This document shows, piece by piece, positions 19,378 to 27,544 of a DNA stretch of 64,000 bases. Numbering within the stretch: position 1 is the stretch's first letter; the number at the start of each line of letters is the position of its first letter. Under the pieces are notes generated by a model that was not told the origin of the DNA, searched no databases, and was given only the letters and a program-made list of their open reading frames with translations. The translations under genes and the position numbers were made by a program. Source of the stretch: Holophagales bacterium (GTDB lineage: Bacteria > Acidobacteriota > Thermoanaerobaculia > Multivoradales > Multivoraceae); NCBI GenBank assembly GCA_009845425.1, contig VXZQ01000001.1, forward strand, positions 194,363-258,362. The letters run 5' to 3'.

Positions 19378-20972
19378 CGGGAGATCAGCATCGTCACGCG
19401 ATGCGGCTCGGTAGTGGACGGATGATGCATGAGGACGTCCTGCTTACCGTCCCTGTTGAGGTCCACGAGCCAGGTGTACTCCTCGTTGGGCATGGGGACG
19501 GTCAGCTTCTCAGGCCGCCGCGTGAACAACGCCGGCCCTTGCACGCCGAGATAGACACGCAGTTCTTCCGGGCCCTGTTGTACCAACAGGTCCGAGCGGC
19601 TGTCGCCGTTCACATCCCCGATCAACACCGAAGGGTGGAAGATGCTCTTTTGCCCTGAAACGCCGGGGGCGCGCCCCTTGACCCTGCGGGTGGCGTTCGG
19701 CTCGTCGGGGTAGATGCCACCCTTCATGCGGTAGAACTCCAGATGCATCCGCACGGAGCGAGTCAGCATCCCTCGGCCAACCATGCCCACGGTCTTGAAG
19801 AAGCCGAACTTCATCGTGGTGAACATCATGTCGACCTGGCCGTCGCCGTCGAAGTCGTGGGGTCCCAGCACGAACGGTAGGCCGTCCGACCGGATCGCGC
19901 TGCCCACGTCGGACGCGAAAGTGATGCCGCCATCGGGTGTCGGCGCGCCGAAGTACACCTCGTAGGCGGAGTGAACGCTCCACATGCTCCTGATCACAAG
20001 CGAGAAGACCACCAGGTCGGCAACGCCGTCGCCGTTCATGTCGGTCAGGGAGTGCAGCACACTTCCCTTCGTGGCCCCGGCCAACTGGTGATCCAGACGG
20101 CGGCGACGTACCTCCTGGGGAGCGGCGAGGAAGGCAGGGTCGTCCGAGTCGAAGGTCACTTCGGTCGTGAACGTCCGGGCCCGCGAGCTGAACAACCCGT
20201 GTTCATCCTGGAGATGCGCTTCGAAGCGATCCTCGTTCCAGAACACGAGATCGGTGCGGCCGTCCAGGTCGACGTCCACCTCGTGGATGCGGCCGCCCTG
20301 AACCCAGGGCTGGTACCGGTATCCGTCGGCAGCGTAGACGCGGTCGAGCCCACCCTTGGGGCCGATCTTCAGCGCTTCGGCGAACCCGCCGCCGCTCATC
20401 TGGACGAGCACCTGGAAGCCGTGGCCCTGCGGTATGACCAGGTCGTCGAGGCCGTCTCCGTTCAGGTCGCGGGTGATGTCGACATGGAGCACTTCAGCCC
20501 GGGAAGAGCCCCCGAAGTCGGAGGTTACTGCCGCGAGTTCCCGTTCCGCCGCCGCCTCGGGATCGAACCAGCTCAAACGGCCGGCGCCGTAGGCGATCAG
20601 GCGGTCAAGGCCGTTGATGTTGGCCACGTCCACGAAGGACACGTCGGGACGGAGAGTGGTCTCGACTCCCTGCTCCCAGCCACCGTCGACGAACGAGAAG
20701 AAGCGAAGGCGGCGGCCTCCGTTGACGTCCACATCCACCACGGCGAGATCCGCGACCGAACCACCCGAGAGGAACCCCGTCAGTACGGTCTGACGATTCG
20801 CGGCCCCCGTGACTACGTCGTAACGAGCGGGGACGTACGCCGGAGCAGGTCCGGTGTTGGCGTATGCCGTGACTGGCATCACGCACCCCCACATACAAAC
20901 CCGAAGCGCCAGCATGGAGGTCCGGCTTGATCGATACCGCCTCATGCCGCCGCTCGTCCGTTGCTTTCTCAT
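19374..20972 (-). CDS. FG-GAP repeat protein, secreted; paralog 2 (tandem duplicate of 17803..19377)
   Basis: Same motif set (DLNGDGLDDLV, DVDLDGRTDLVF, DMNGDGVADLVV, DVNGDSRSDLL, DLNRDGKQDV), and the two products are collinear over their full length. Confidence 0.7.
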   Translation of the reverse strand: MRKQRTSGGMRRYRSSRTSMLALRVCMWGCVMPVTAYANTGPAPAYVPARYDVVTGAANRQTVLTGFLSGGSVADLAVVDVDVNGGRRLRFFSFVDGGWEQGVETTLRPDVSFVDVANINGLDRLIAYGAGRLSWFDPEAAAERELAAVTSDFGGSSRAEVLHVDITRDLNGDGLDDLVIPQGHGFQVLVQMSGGGFAEALKIGPKGGLDRVYAADGYRYQPWVQGGRIHEVDVDLDGRTDLVFWNEDRFEAHLQDEHGLFSSRARTFTTEVTFDSDDPAFLAAPQEVRRRRLDHQLAGATKGSVLHSLTDMNGDGVADLVVFSLVIRSMWSVHSAYEVYFGAPTPDGGITFASDVGSAIRSDGLPFVLGPHDFDGDGQVDMMFTTMKFGFFKTVGMVGRGMLTRSVRMHLEFYRMKGGIYPDEPNATRRVKGRAPGVSGQKSIFHPSVLIGDVNGDSRSDLLVQQGPEELRVYLGVQGPALFTRRPEKLTVPMPNEEYTWLVDLNRDGKQDVLMHHPSTTEPHRVTMLISR

Positions 20973-20994
20973 GGTGTTTCTTCCTCCACCAATT

Positions 20995-21011
20995 TGTTGA
21001 CGGCGTCAACA
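20995..21011. promoter_or_regulatory. TetR-type operator 1: 17-bp palindrome TGTTGAC-ggc-GTCAACA
   Basis: Perfect 7-3-7 inverted repeat in the 89-bp divergent intergenic region between the FG-GAP operon and the TetR gene. Confidence 0.6.
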
Positions 21012-21021
21012 TACACCCCTT

Positions 21022-21038
21022 TGTTGACAATGTCAACA
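21022..21038. promoter_or_regulatory. TetR-type operator 2: 17-bp palindrome TGTTGAC-aat-GTCAACA
   Basis: Second perfect copy, 27 bp centre-to-centre from operator 1. It contains a TTGACA -35-like hexamer. Confidence 0.6.
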
Positions 21039-21061
21039 CCGTCCCCCTGCCATAATCGCTC

Positions 21062-21664
21062 ATGGCCGAACGGGCCCGTACCTACCACCACGGTGACCTG
21101 CGCGCGTCGCTGGTCGAGGAAGCCGCCGCCATGATCTCGGAGGGCGGCGCCGCCAGCGTGACGATGCGGGCCATCGGCAGTCGCCTCGGCGTTTCGCGAG
21201 CCGCGCCCTACCGCCACTTCCCGGACAAGACGGCGCTACTGGTCGCGGTCGCGGTCGAGGGGTTCCGGCGCCTCAACCAACGTCTCCGGGGCGACGGCAC
21301 CGGCGCATCGGGATCGAGCGTGGAGCGGCTCCGGCACATGGGAGAACAGTACGTCCGCTTCGCCCTCGAGAACCCGGCGCACTACCGCCTGATGTACGGC
21401 AGGGAGGCGCTGGCGCGCCAGGACCACCCCGAGCTGCGGCAGGCAGCCGGCGCCCTCCTCGAGCACCTGATCGGCGTGATCCGCCTACACCAGCAGCGCG
21501 GCGAGATCGAGCGAGCGGATCCGCGGGCCCAGGCCTACGTGGCCTGGAGCGCGGTGCATGGGCTGGCGTCGCTCCTGATCGAGCGGCAGATCGACCCGAA
21601 CGTCGACGTGAACGCGCTGCTCAGCCAGACCACTCAGACACTGCTTGACGGAATGCGGGACTAG
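21062..21664 (+). CDS. TetR/AcrR-family transcriptional regulator
   Basis: N-terminal HTH (SVTMRAIGSRLGVSRAAPYRHFPDKTALL) typical of TetR. 200 aa. Confidence 0.85.
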   Translation: MAERARTYHHGDLRASLVEEAAAMISEGGAASVTMRAIGSRLGVSRAAPYRHFPDKTALLVAVAVEGFRRLNQRLRGDGTGASGSSVERLRHMGEQYVRFALENPAHYRLMYGREALARQDHPELRQAAGALLEHLIGVIRLHQQRGEIERADPRAQAYVAWSAVHGLASLLIERQIDPNVDVNALLSQTTQTLLDGMRD

Positions 21665-21668
21665 GGAC

Positions 21669-22451
21669 TCAGCCCCACTCAGCCCTCCACACCTCCTGGT
21701 TGTCCGTCGGGACCCTCTTCGCCCGGCGAGCGTTGGGAGTCCGGAGTTCGACATTGACCCGCCGCGCGATCGCCCGGGCGATGTCCTCCTGAATCTGAAT
21801 CTCGGAAATCGTGCCGAGGACCCGGTCGTAGTGGCGGGACCAGAGATGGATGCCGTCGGCGACCCGGATGAGCTGAACCGAGATCCGCACGCGGTCGCCG
21901 GACCTTCGCACGCTGCCTTCGAGGATCGCCGACACGCCCGCCTTCCTTCCGAACCGGGGCGCGCTCAGGCCGGCCAGCCCCTGGTCGAAGGAGGAGGTCC
22001 GGGACAGGACCCGCAGTCCATCGACACGCACCAGCGCCTCGATGACCTCCTCCACCAACCCCTCGCAGAAGAAGTCCTGTTCCGGGTCGGAACTCATGTT
22101 CGCGAAGGGCCTGATCGCGATCGATCCTCCGACCGGGGTCTTCACCGGAGCCGTGAAGCGGTAGCCACGGCCGGGAACCGTGACGACGTACTGCGTCTCC
22201 CCATCCTGACCCAGGATCTTCCGCAGCACGGACAGGTTGTGCGTGAGGTTGCTCTCGGTGACGTTGGTGTCCGGCCACACCATCTCCATCAGCTCATCCT
22301 TGTGCACGAGACGGTCGCGGTTCTCGATCAGCACCTTCAGCGTCTGGAACACCTTCGGCCGCACCGGAACGACCCGCCCGCTGCGCAGCAACCGGCGCTC
22401 GGCAGCATCGAGAAGAAACGGCCCGAAGGCGTAGGTGGGACGCTCTGCCAC
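21669..22451 (-). CDS. winged-helix transcriptional regulator (OmpR/CadC-type DNA-binding domain at the N-terminus)
   Basis: N-terminal YAFGPFLLDAAERRLLRSGRVVPVRPKVFQTLKVLIENRDRLVHKDELMEMVWPDTNVTESNLTHNLSVLRKIL...VPGRGYRF matches the trans_reg_C winged helix. No receiver domain. Confidence 0.7.
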   Translation of the reverse strand: MAERPTYAFGPFLLDAAERRLLRSGRVVPVRPKVFQTLKVLIENRDRLVHKDELMEMVWPDTNVTESNLTHNLSVLRKILGQDGETQYVVTVPGRGYRFTAPVKTPVGGSIAIRPFANMSSDPEQDFFCEGLVEEVIEALVRVDGLRVLSRTSSFDQGLAGLSAPRFGRKAGVSAILEGSVRRSGDRVRISVQLIRVADGIHLWSRHYDRVLGTISEIQIQEDIARAIARRVNVELRTPNARRAKRVPTDNQEVWRAEWG

Positions 22452-22551
22452 CAGGAACCTCCGTCAGGGACCGGACGCCGGTCTTCACGCGGGTTGCACT
22501 CAGCGGCGCCGGGATTTGATTCGGATTCCTGGATCCTAGCAGCCTCGCGTC

Positions 22552-24342
22552 CTAGCGGCTCTCGGGCAGCGCGAAGACGTACAAGTTGCCGCCCCGGGGG
22601 CGGGCGGCGCCCTCCGGCGTGTGCCTGAGACTCCCCGGCCCGGTCGATATGGCGACGTACTGCCGACCGTCCACGGCGTAGGAGATCGGGTAGCCCATCG
22701 CCGGCGCGCCCAGGTTCACTTCCCACAGCACCTCGCCCGTCTCGTGGTCGAAGGCGCGGAAGGAGCCGCTCGAGTCGCCACCGAAGATCAGGCCGCCGCC
22801 CGTCGCCACGACCGAGTAGGTCGCGCCCTCGGTCTCGAACAGCCACTTCGTTTCGCCGGTCACGGCGGAGATCGCATACACCGTGCCGAGGTACTCCTCG
22901 CCGGGCGCCTGGATGTGGTCCGCGGCAAGGTTGTAGATCGCGACCTGCTGTTCGAACGCCTGCGCCCTCGGACTGTTCGTGTCCCCTGTCACCAGCATCC
23001 GCGCGCACATGTTGCGCAGTGGGTAGTACATCGTCCGGGTCAGCGGGCTGTAGGAGCCGGCTTCCCAGTCCTTGCCGCCGATCCAGGTCGGGCACACGAG
23101 CATCTCCTGGTCGAGCTCCGTGAAGATGATCTCGGTGTTCTCGACCGCCCGCCCCGTCGTTTCGTCGATGTCGACGACGACGTTCTGCGGCACGGTCGGC
23201 CGCGCCCACAGGAACTCGCCGGTCTCACGGTCCAGCGTATAGACGAAACCGGTCTTGCCGGGGATGCCCGTCATCAGCTTGCGGGTCTCGCCCGGTTCGA
23301 GGCCCTCCCGGATCCAGCGCACGGCCTCCGGGTCGGGCGACACCGGAAGGTCGACCAGGATGCGTTCGAACGGATGGTCGAGGTCCCAGTGGTCGTTCAG
23401 GTGCTGGAAGTACCACCGGATCTCGCCTGTGTCGGCCTCCAGCGCCAGGGTCGAGTTGTGGTACAGGTGCGTCAACTCCGTTCCACCCAGCATGAACTTC
23501 GGCGCCGGCGACGTAACGGCGGTGCCGAAGTAGATGAGTTCGAGCTCCGGGTCGTAGCTGGGCACCATCCAGGTGCCGACGTGGTGCCGCTTCTCGAACG
23601 GCACGTCGCCCCAGGTCTCGTCCCCGGGCTCGCCCGGCGCCGGCATCGTGCGGGTCCGCCAGAGCTCCTTTCCCGTCAGCGCGTCGAGCGCGATCATGAT
23701 GCAGGACTCCGGCCCGCCCCAGGGACGGCAGCTCCTCCCCGAAACGACGCGGCCATCCGCGACGATAGGGCCCGAGCTGTGGGTGGCGGGATTGACCTGC
23801 CAGTCCAGGATCTGTGTCTCCCAGACAAGCTCTCCGGTCTCGGCGTCCAGGGCGAAGGCGTGGTTGTCGTCGCTGTTGTTCAGGATCAGCCGGTCGTAGA
23901 TCGCGATGTTCCGGTTGTTCTTCGCGTTGAAGCCGACCTGCGCGTAGAGGCCCTCGGGCTGCTCCCGCGTGTAGCGCCAGATGAAGTCTCCGGTCGTCGA
24001 GTCGAACGCCTCGATCGTGTCCTCGAACGACGGAACGTAGAGAACCCCGTCGTAAGCCAGGGGCGTGATCTCGGAGGTCCCGACGGCTATCTCCCGTGAC
24101 CAGACCAGGCCCAGCCGGCCGACGTTCTCGCGGTCGACCTGGTCGAGCGGGCTGTAGCCCCAACTGTCGAACGTGCGACGGAACATCAGCCACTCCGACG
24201 CCGGTGGACTCCGGAGCATCTCGTCCGTGACCGGCACGAACGCCGATGTCGCGTCCTGGGCCGGGAGTTCGGCGCTGATTCCGATGCTCAGGGCCAAGGC
24301 CAGAACCGCCAGCCCGCGGCTGGGCCGGCGCGCACTCTTCAC
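22552..24342 (-). CDS. PQQ-dependent alcohol (methanol/ethanol-family) dehydrogenase, signal peptide
   Basis: W-motif beta-propeller repeats throughout (GxxYVP, DATTGDFIW, DAETGELVW, DALTGKELW...). The preferred start is GTG at 24342, preceded by GGAGG at a 7-nt spacing, and it yields a clean signal peptide (VKSARRPSRGLAVLALALSIGISA). The longest ORF (to 24507) would overlap the divergent gene. Confidence 0.8.
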   Translation of the reverse strand: MKSARRPSRGLAVLALALSIGISAELPAQDATSAFVPVTDEMLRSPPASEWLMFRRTFDSWGYSPLDQVDRENVGRLGLVWSREIAVGTSEITPLAYDGVLYVPSFEDTIEAFDSTTGDFIWRYTREQPEGLYAQVGFNAKNNRNIAIYDRLILNNSDDNHAFALDAETGELVWETQILDWQVNPATHSSGPIVADGRVVSGRSCRPWGGPESCIMIALDALTGKELWRTRTMPAPGEPGDETWGDVPFEKRHHVGTWMVPSYDPELELIYFGTAVTSPAPKFMLGGTELTHLYHNSTLALEADTGEIRWYFQHLNDHWDLDHPFERILVDLPVSPDPEAVRWIREGLEPGETRKLMTGIPGKTGFVYTLDRETGEFLWARPTVPQNVVVDIDETTGRAVENTEIIFTELDQEMLVCPTWIGGKDWEAGSYSPLTRTMYYPLRNMCARMLVTGDTNSPRAQAFEQQVAIYNLAADHIQAPGEEYLGTVYAISAVTGETKWLFETEGATYSVVATGGGLIFGGDSSGSFRAFDHETGEVLWEVNLGAPAMGYPISYAVDGRQYVAISTGPGSLRHTPEGAARPRGGNLYVFALPESR

Positions 24343-24430
24343 TGCGACGCCTCCGTTCCTCGCTGTCTTCAAGACGAACCGGGGACTGTAGCAGCAGCGA
24401 CAGGCGGTGAAGTAGCATCCCGCCTTCCGC

Positions 24431-26572
24431 ATGAAGTCGTTGACGCGCCTCGCCTGCTCGCTGGCCGCGATGTCGTTCCTGAGCGCCGGCCCCGCCGCCC
24501 GGGACACAGCCGCTCAGGAGACCGCCTTCGTACCGGTCACCCAGGAGATGCTGAACGACCCGGAACCGGGTCAGTGGCTGCACTGGCGGGGCACGCAGAA
24601 CGCCTGGGGCTACAGCCCGCTCGACCAGATCACGACGGACAACGTCGGCCGGCTTCAACTGGTCTGGGCGTGGGCGATGGACGACACCGGTCCCCAGGAG
24701 GCCGCGCCGCTCATCCACGACGGCGTCATGTACCTGCCGAATCCCGGCGCGGTGGTTCAGGCCCTCGACGCCGCCACCGGCGACCTGCTCTGGGAGTACC
24801 GGCCGGAGCCGGTGGGTGACGGATCGGGCGCCTTCGGCCGCGGCGTGCAGAAGAACATCGCGATCTTCGGCGACCGCATCTTCGGCGCGAGCCCCGCGGC
24901 GACGATCTTCGCGCTCGACGCCAGGAGCGGCAAGCTGATCTGGGAGACGAAGACCGCCGACACGAGCCTCGGCTACCGCTACACCGCCGGCCCCATCGTC
25001 GCCAACGGCAAGCTGGTCACCGGCATCACGGGCTGCGGCCGCTACAAGGACGACGTCTGCTTCATCACCGGCCACGATCCCGAAACCGGCGAGGAGCTCT
25101 GGCGCACGTCGACCATCGCGCGCCCCGGCGAGCCGGGGGGCGACACCTGGGGCGACCTGCCGCTCCGCTTCCGCGCCGGCAGCGACGCCTGGATCGCAGG
25201 CAGCTACGACCCGGAACTGAAGATCGTCTACTGGGCCACCTCCCAGGCCAAGCCCTGGGCCCGCTCCGTGCGCGGCACGGACGGCGACGCGCTGTACACG
25301 AACTCCAGCCTCGCGCTCGATCCCGACACCGGGGAGCTGCTCTGGTACTACCAGTACCTGCCCGGCGAGACCCACGACATGGACGAGGTGTTCGAGACGC
25401 TCCTCATCGACGTCGACGGCCGGAAGAAGCTGTACAAGATGGGCAAGCTCGGCATCCTCTGGCAGCTCGACCGGGAGACCGGCGAGTTCCTGGACGCGAT
25501 CGACATCGGCTACCAGAACCTCGTCGACGTGAATCGCGAGACGGGTGAGGTGACCTACCGCCCGGAACTCATTCCGGAGATCGGCGTCGAGATCAACATG
25601 TGCCCGAGCACGTCCGGCTTCAAGGGCTGGCGCGCCATGTCCTACGACCCGAACACCGGCGCGCTCTACATCCCGGTGACGATGAACTGCGAACTGGCGA
25701 CGTTCGGCCCGGTCGAGCGCGTCCTCGGCGGCGGCGGCGCGGGTCCGGTGAAGCGCATCAACACGCTGCATCCCTACTCCGGCGGCAACCTGGGCGAACT
25801 GCTCGTCATCGACGTGCGCGAGGGGGACATCATGTGGCGGCACCGCACGGAGTCGCCGATCAACACGGCCGCGCTCGCGACCGGAGGCGGCGTCGTCTTC
25901 GCTGGCGACTACGACCGCTACGTCTACGCGTACGAGGCGAGGACCGGCGGGATCCTCTGGCAGACGCGGCTACCCACTTCGGCCCAGGGCTTTCCGGTGT
26001 CCTACCTCGCCGGCGGCCGCCAGTACGTGGCAATCCCGGTCGGAACGGGCGGCGCCAGTTGGGCGACGATGCTGCCGCGCGACCTGACTCCCCACATCCG
26101 GCGGCCAACCAACGGCAACTCGATCCACGTGTTCGCCTTGCCGGCGGATCTGCCGGTTGCGACGGGGCGGAGCCGGACGGCAGCGACCGACCGCGACGGG
26201 GTAGCGGTCGCGGCCGGCACCTCCCTGACCGTCTGGGACGGCGTCTACACCGTCGAGCAGGCGGAGCGAGGCACCAGGCCGTATGTCCAGAACTGCGCCA
26301 CCTGCCACGGCGAGGACCTCGGCGGCGGCAGCAACTCCCCGGGTCTGGTCGGCGTCAGCTTCCAGTTCCTGTGGGGAGGCAAGACGCTGCACGAGCTGTA
26401 TGAGGCGATCCGGACCACCATGCCGACCGACAATCCGGCCAGCCTGCCGCGCGAGACCTACCTCGACATCCTGACCTACATGATGCAGGTGAATCAGTTC
26501 CCGGCGGGCGACGGGGAACTCGACGCCGAGGCTCTGGGCGACATCCTGATCACCGAAGAACCCGGCGCGTAG
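24431..26572 (+). CDS. quinohemoprotein alcohol dehydrogenase (PQQ beta-propeller plus C-terminal cytochrome c domain)
   Basis: Signal peptide and PQQ-ADH propeller motifs, then a C-terminal CATCHGEDLGG (CxxCH) heme-binding domain. Confidence 0.85.
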   Translation: MKSLTRLACSLAAMSFLSAGPAARDTAAQETAFVPVTQEMLNDPEPGQWLHWRGTQNAWGYSPLDQITTDNVGRLQLVWAWAMDDTGPQEAAPLIHDGVMYLPNPGAVVQALDAATGDLLWEYRPEPVGDGSGAFGRGVQKNIAIFGDRIFGASPAATIFALDARSGKLIWETKTADTSLGYRYTAGPIVANGKLVTGITGCGRYKDDVCFITGHDPETGEELWRTSTIARPGEPGGDTWGDLPLRFRAGSDAWIAGSYDPELKIVYWATSQAKPWARSVRGTDGDALYTNSSLALDPDTGELLWYYQYLPGETHDMDEVFETLLIDVDGRKKLYKMGKLGILWQLDRETGEFLDAIDIGYQNLVDVNRETGEVTYRPELIPEIGVEINMCPSTSGFKGWRAMSYDPNTGALYIPVTMNCELATFGPVERVLGGGGAGPVKRINTLHPYSGGNLGELLVIDVREGDIMWRHRTESPINTAALATGGGVVFAGDYDRYVYAYEARTGGILWQTRLPTSAQGFPVSYLAGGRQYVAIPVGTGGASWATMLPRDLTPHIRRPTNGNSIHVFALPADLPVATGRSRTAATDRDGVAVAAGTSLTVWDGVYTVEQAERGTRPYVQNCATCHGEDLGGGSNSPGLVGVSFQFLWGGKTLHELYEAIRTTMPTDNPASLPRETYLDILTYMMQVNQFPAGDGELDAEALGDILITEEPGA

Positions 26573-26608
26573 CTGACGTAGGACACAGCTCGCCGGTATT
26601 GCGAACTG

Positions 26609-26633
26609 CTACGGATCGTATTACGATCCGTAG
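26609..26633. promoter_or_regulatory. 25-bp near-perfect palindrome CTACGGATCGTA-t-TACGATCCGTAG, putative operator of the RHH antitoxin
   Basis: 12-bp arms perfectly complementary around a single central nucleotide. It ends 1 bp before the ATG of the RHH gene. Confidence 0.6.
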
Positions 26634-26634
26634 C

Positions 26635-26910
26635 ATGCACGCACTCTCCGTCAAGCTGCCGACCGAGCTCCACGCTGCCCTGGCAAGCGAAGCGCAACGA
26701 CGCAACATCACGCGGTCCGCTCTGCTGCGAGAGATCGTCGGGGAAGCGCTCGACCGCGTTCCGACGCCAGCGACGCCGAGTTGCGCCGAACTGGCTAGCG
26801 ATCTGATTGGCGCCGTTCGAAGCGGCCGCCGCGACTTGGCGACGAATCCCGATCTTCTCGAGCAGGCTGTCGTCTCGGACGCTCGACGTGCCGCCGACCG
26901 TCGTCGCTGA
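26635..26910 (+). CDS. vapB: ribbon-helix-helix (CopG/VapB-type) antitoxin
   Basis: MHALSVKLPTELHAALASEAQRRNITRSALLREIVGEAL is a classic RHH fold. Its stop overlaps the downstream PIN gene. Confidence 0.75.
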   Translation: MHALSVKLPTELHAALASEAQRRNITRSALLREIVGEALDRVPTPATPSCAELASDLIGAVRSGRRDLATNPDLLEQAVVSDARRAADRRR

Positions 26911-27310
26911 TACCGGTCCGATCGTCGCGCTGCTCGACGCGGATGAAGCTCATCACGAGTGGGCCCGGGAACAGTTCCAAACGCTCGCGGCGCCACTGCT
27001 CACCTGTGAGGCAGTCCTCTCCGAAGCCTCCTTTCTCCTGGCGCGCGTCGGTGAGGATCCGAGCCTGCCGGTGACGCTCGTCGAACGAGGAGTACTGAAC
27101 GTCACCCGAGTACTCGCGGCGCCAGAGGACGTTCTCGCCGTCGGTCGCCTGATCCGTCGCTACCGCAACGTGCCGATGTCCCTCGCCGACGCCTGCCTGG
27201 TGCGGATCGTGGAACGCTCGGACCAGGCTTCCGTGCTAACCCTCGACTCCGACTTCCGGATCTACCGGCAGGGCGACCGCCGCGTGATTCCCGTGCTCAC
27301 TCCTTCGTAG
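26888..27310 (+). CDS. vapC: PIN-domain ribonuclease toxin
   Basis: Conserved acidic residues in the PIN order (VADTGPIVALLD, DEAHH, TCEAVLSE, SLADACLV, TLDSDF). The GTG at 26888 overlaps the antitoxin 3' end by 23 nt. The listed ORF start at 26807 would overlap far more. Confidence 0.75.
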   Translation: MPPTVVADTGPIVALLDADEAHHEWAREQFQTLAAPLLTCEAVLSEASFLLARVGEDPSLPVTLVERGVLNVTRVLAAPEDVLAVGRLIRRYRNVPMSLADACLVRIVERSDQASVLTLDSDFRIYRQGDRRVIPVLTPS

Positions 27311-27497
27311 CTTCATCGAAGTCGGGCACGGTCTCGACCAGATGGGCCAGACTGCCGAAACGGAACGTCTTCGATGGCACGGGAACCAGCCTCACAGCGG
27401 GCCTGCCCCTACGGGCGATGATCACCTCGTCGCCCGCTTCGGCGGCGACGATGATCTTCGACAGTTGCGACTTGGCTTCGTGCACGTTGACGAGCAT
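27297..27497 (-). CDS. Phd/YefM-family type II antitoxin-like protein (orphan)
   Basis: The 66-aa product MLVNVHEAKSQLSKIIVAAEAGDEVIIARRGRPAVRLVPV... matches the Phd/YefM-type antitoxin N-terminus. AGGAGG RBS 6 nt upstream of the ATG (27495-27497). Hidden inside a longer spurious ORF (27297..28133). Confidence 0.65.
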   Translation of the reverse strand: MLVNVHEAKSQLSKIIVAAEAGDEVIIARRGRPAVRLVPVPSKTFRFGSLAHLVETVPDFDEATKE

Positions 27498-27544
27498 CGC
27501 TGTTCCTCCTGGCCGCCAGCCCCCAACCGGAGGCCCAAACGAGT

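Noticed and set aside
24343-24507. N-terminal extension of the PQQ-ADH (longest ORF start at 24507)
   Set aside because: It would overlap the divergent quinohemoprotein gene start (24431) and leave no promoter space. The GTG at 24342 has a GGAGG RBS and starts exactly at the signal peptide.
26807-26887. Longer N-terminus for the PIN toxin (ORF start 26807)
   Set aside because: It would overlap the antitoxin by 104 nt in another frame. The GTG at 26888 begins right before the first conserved PIN aspartate and gives the usual short toxin-antitoxin overlap.
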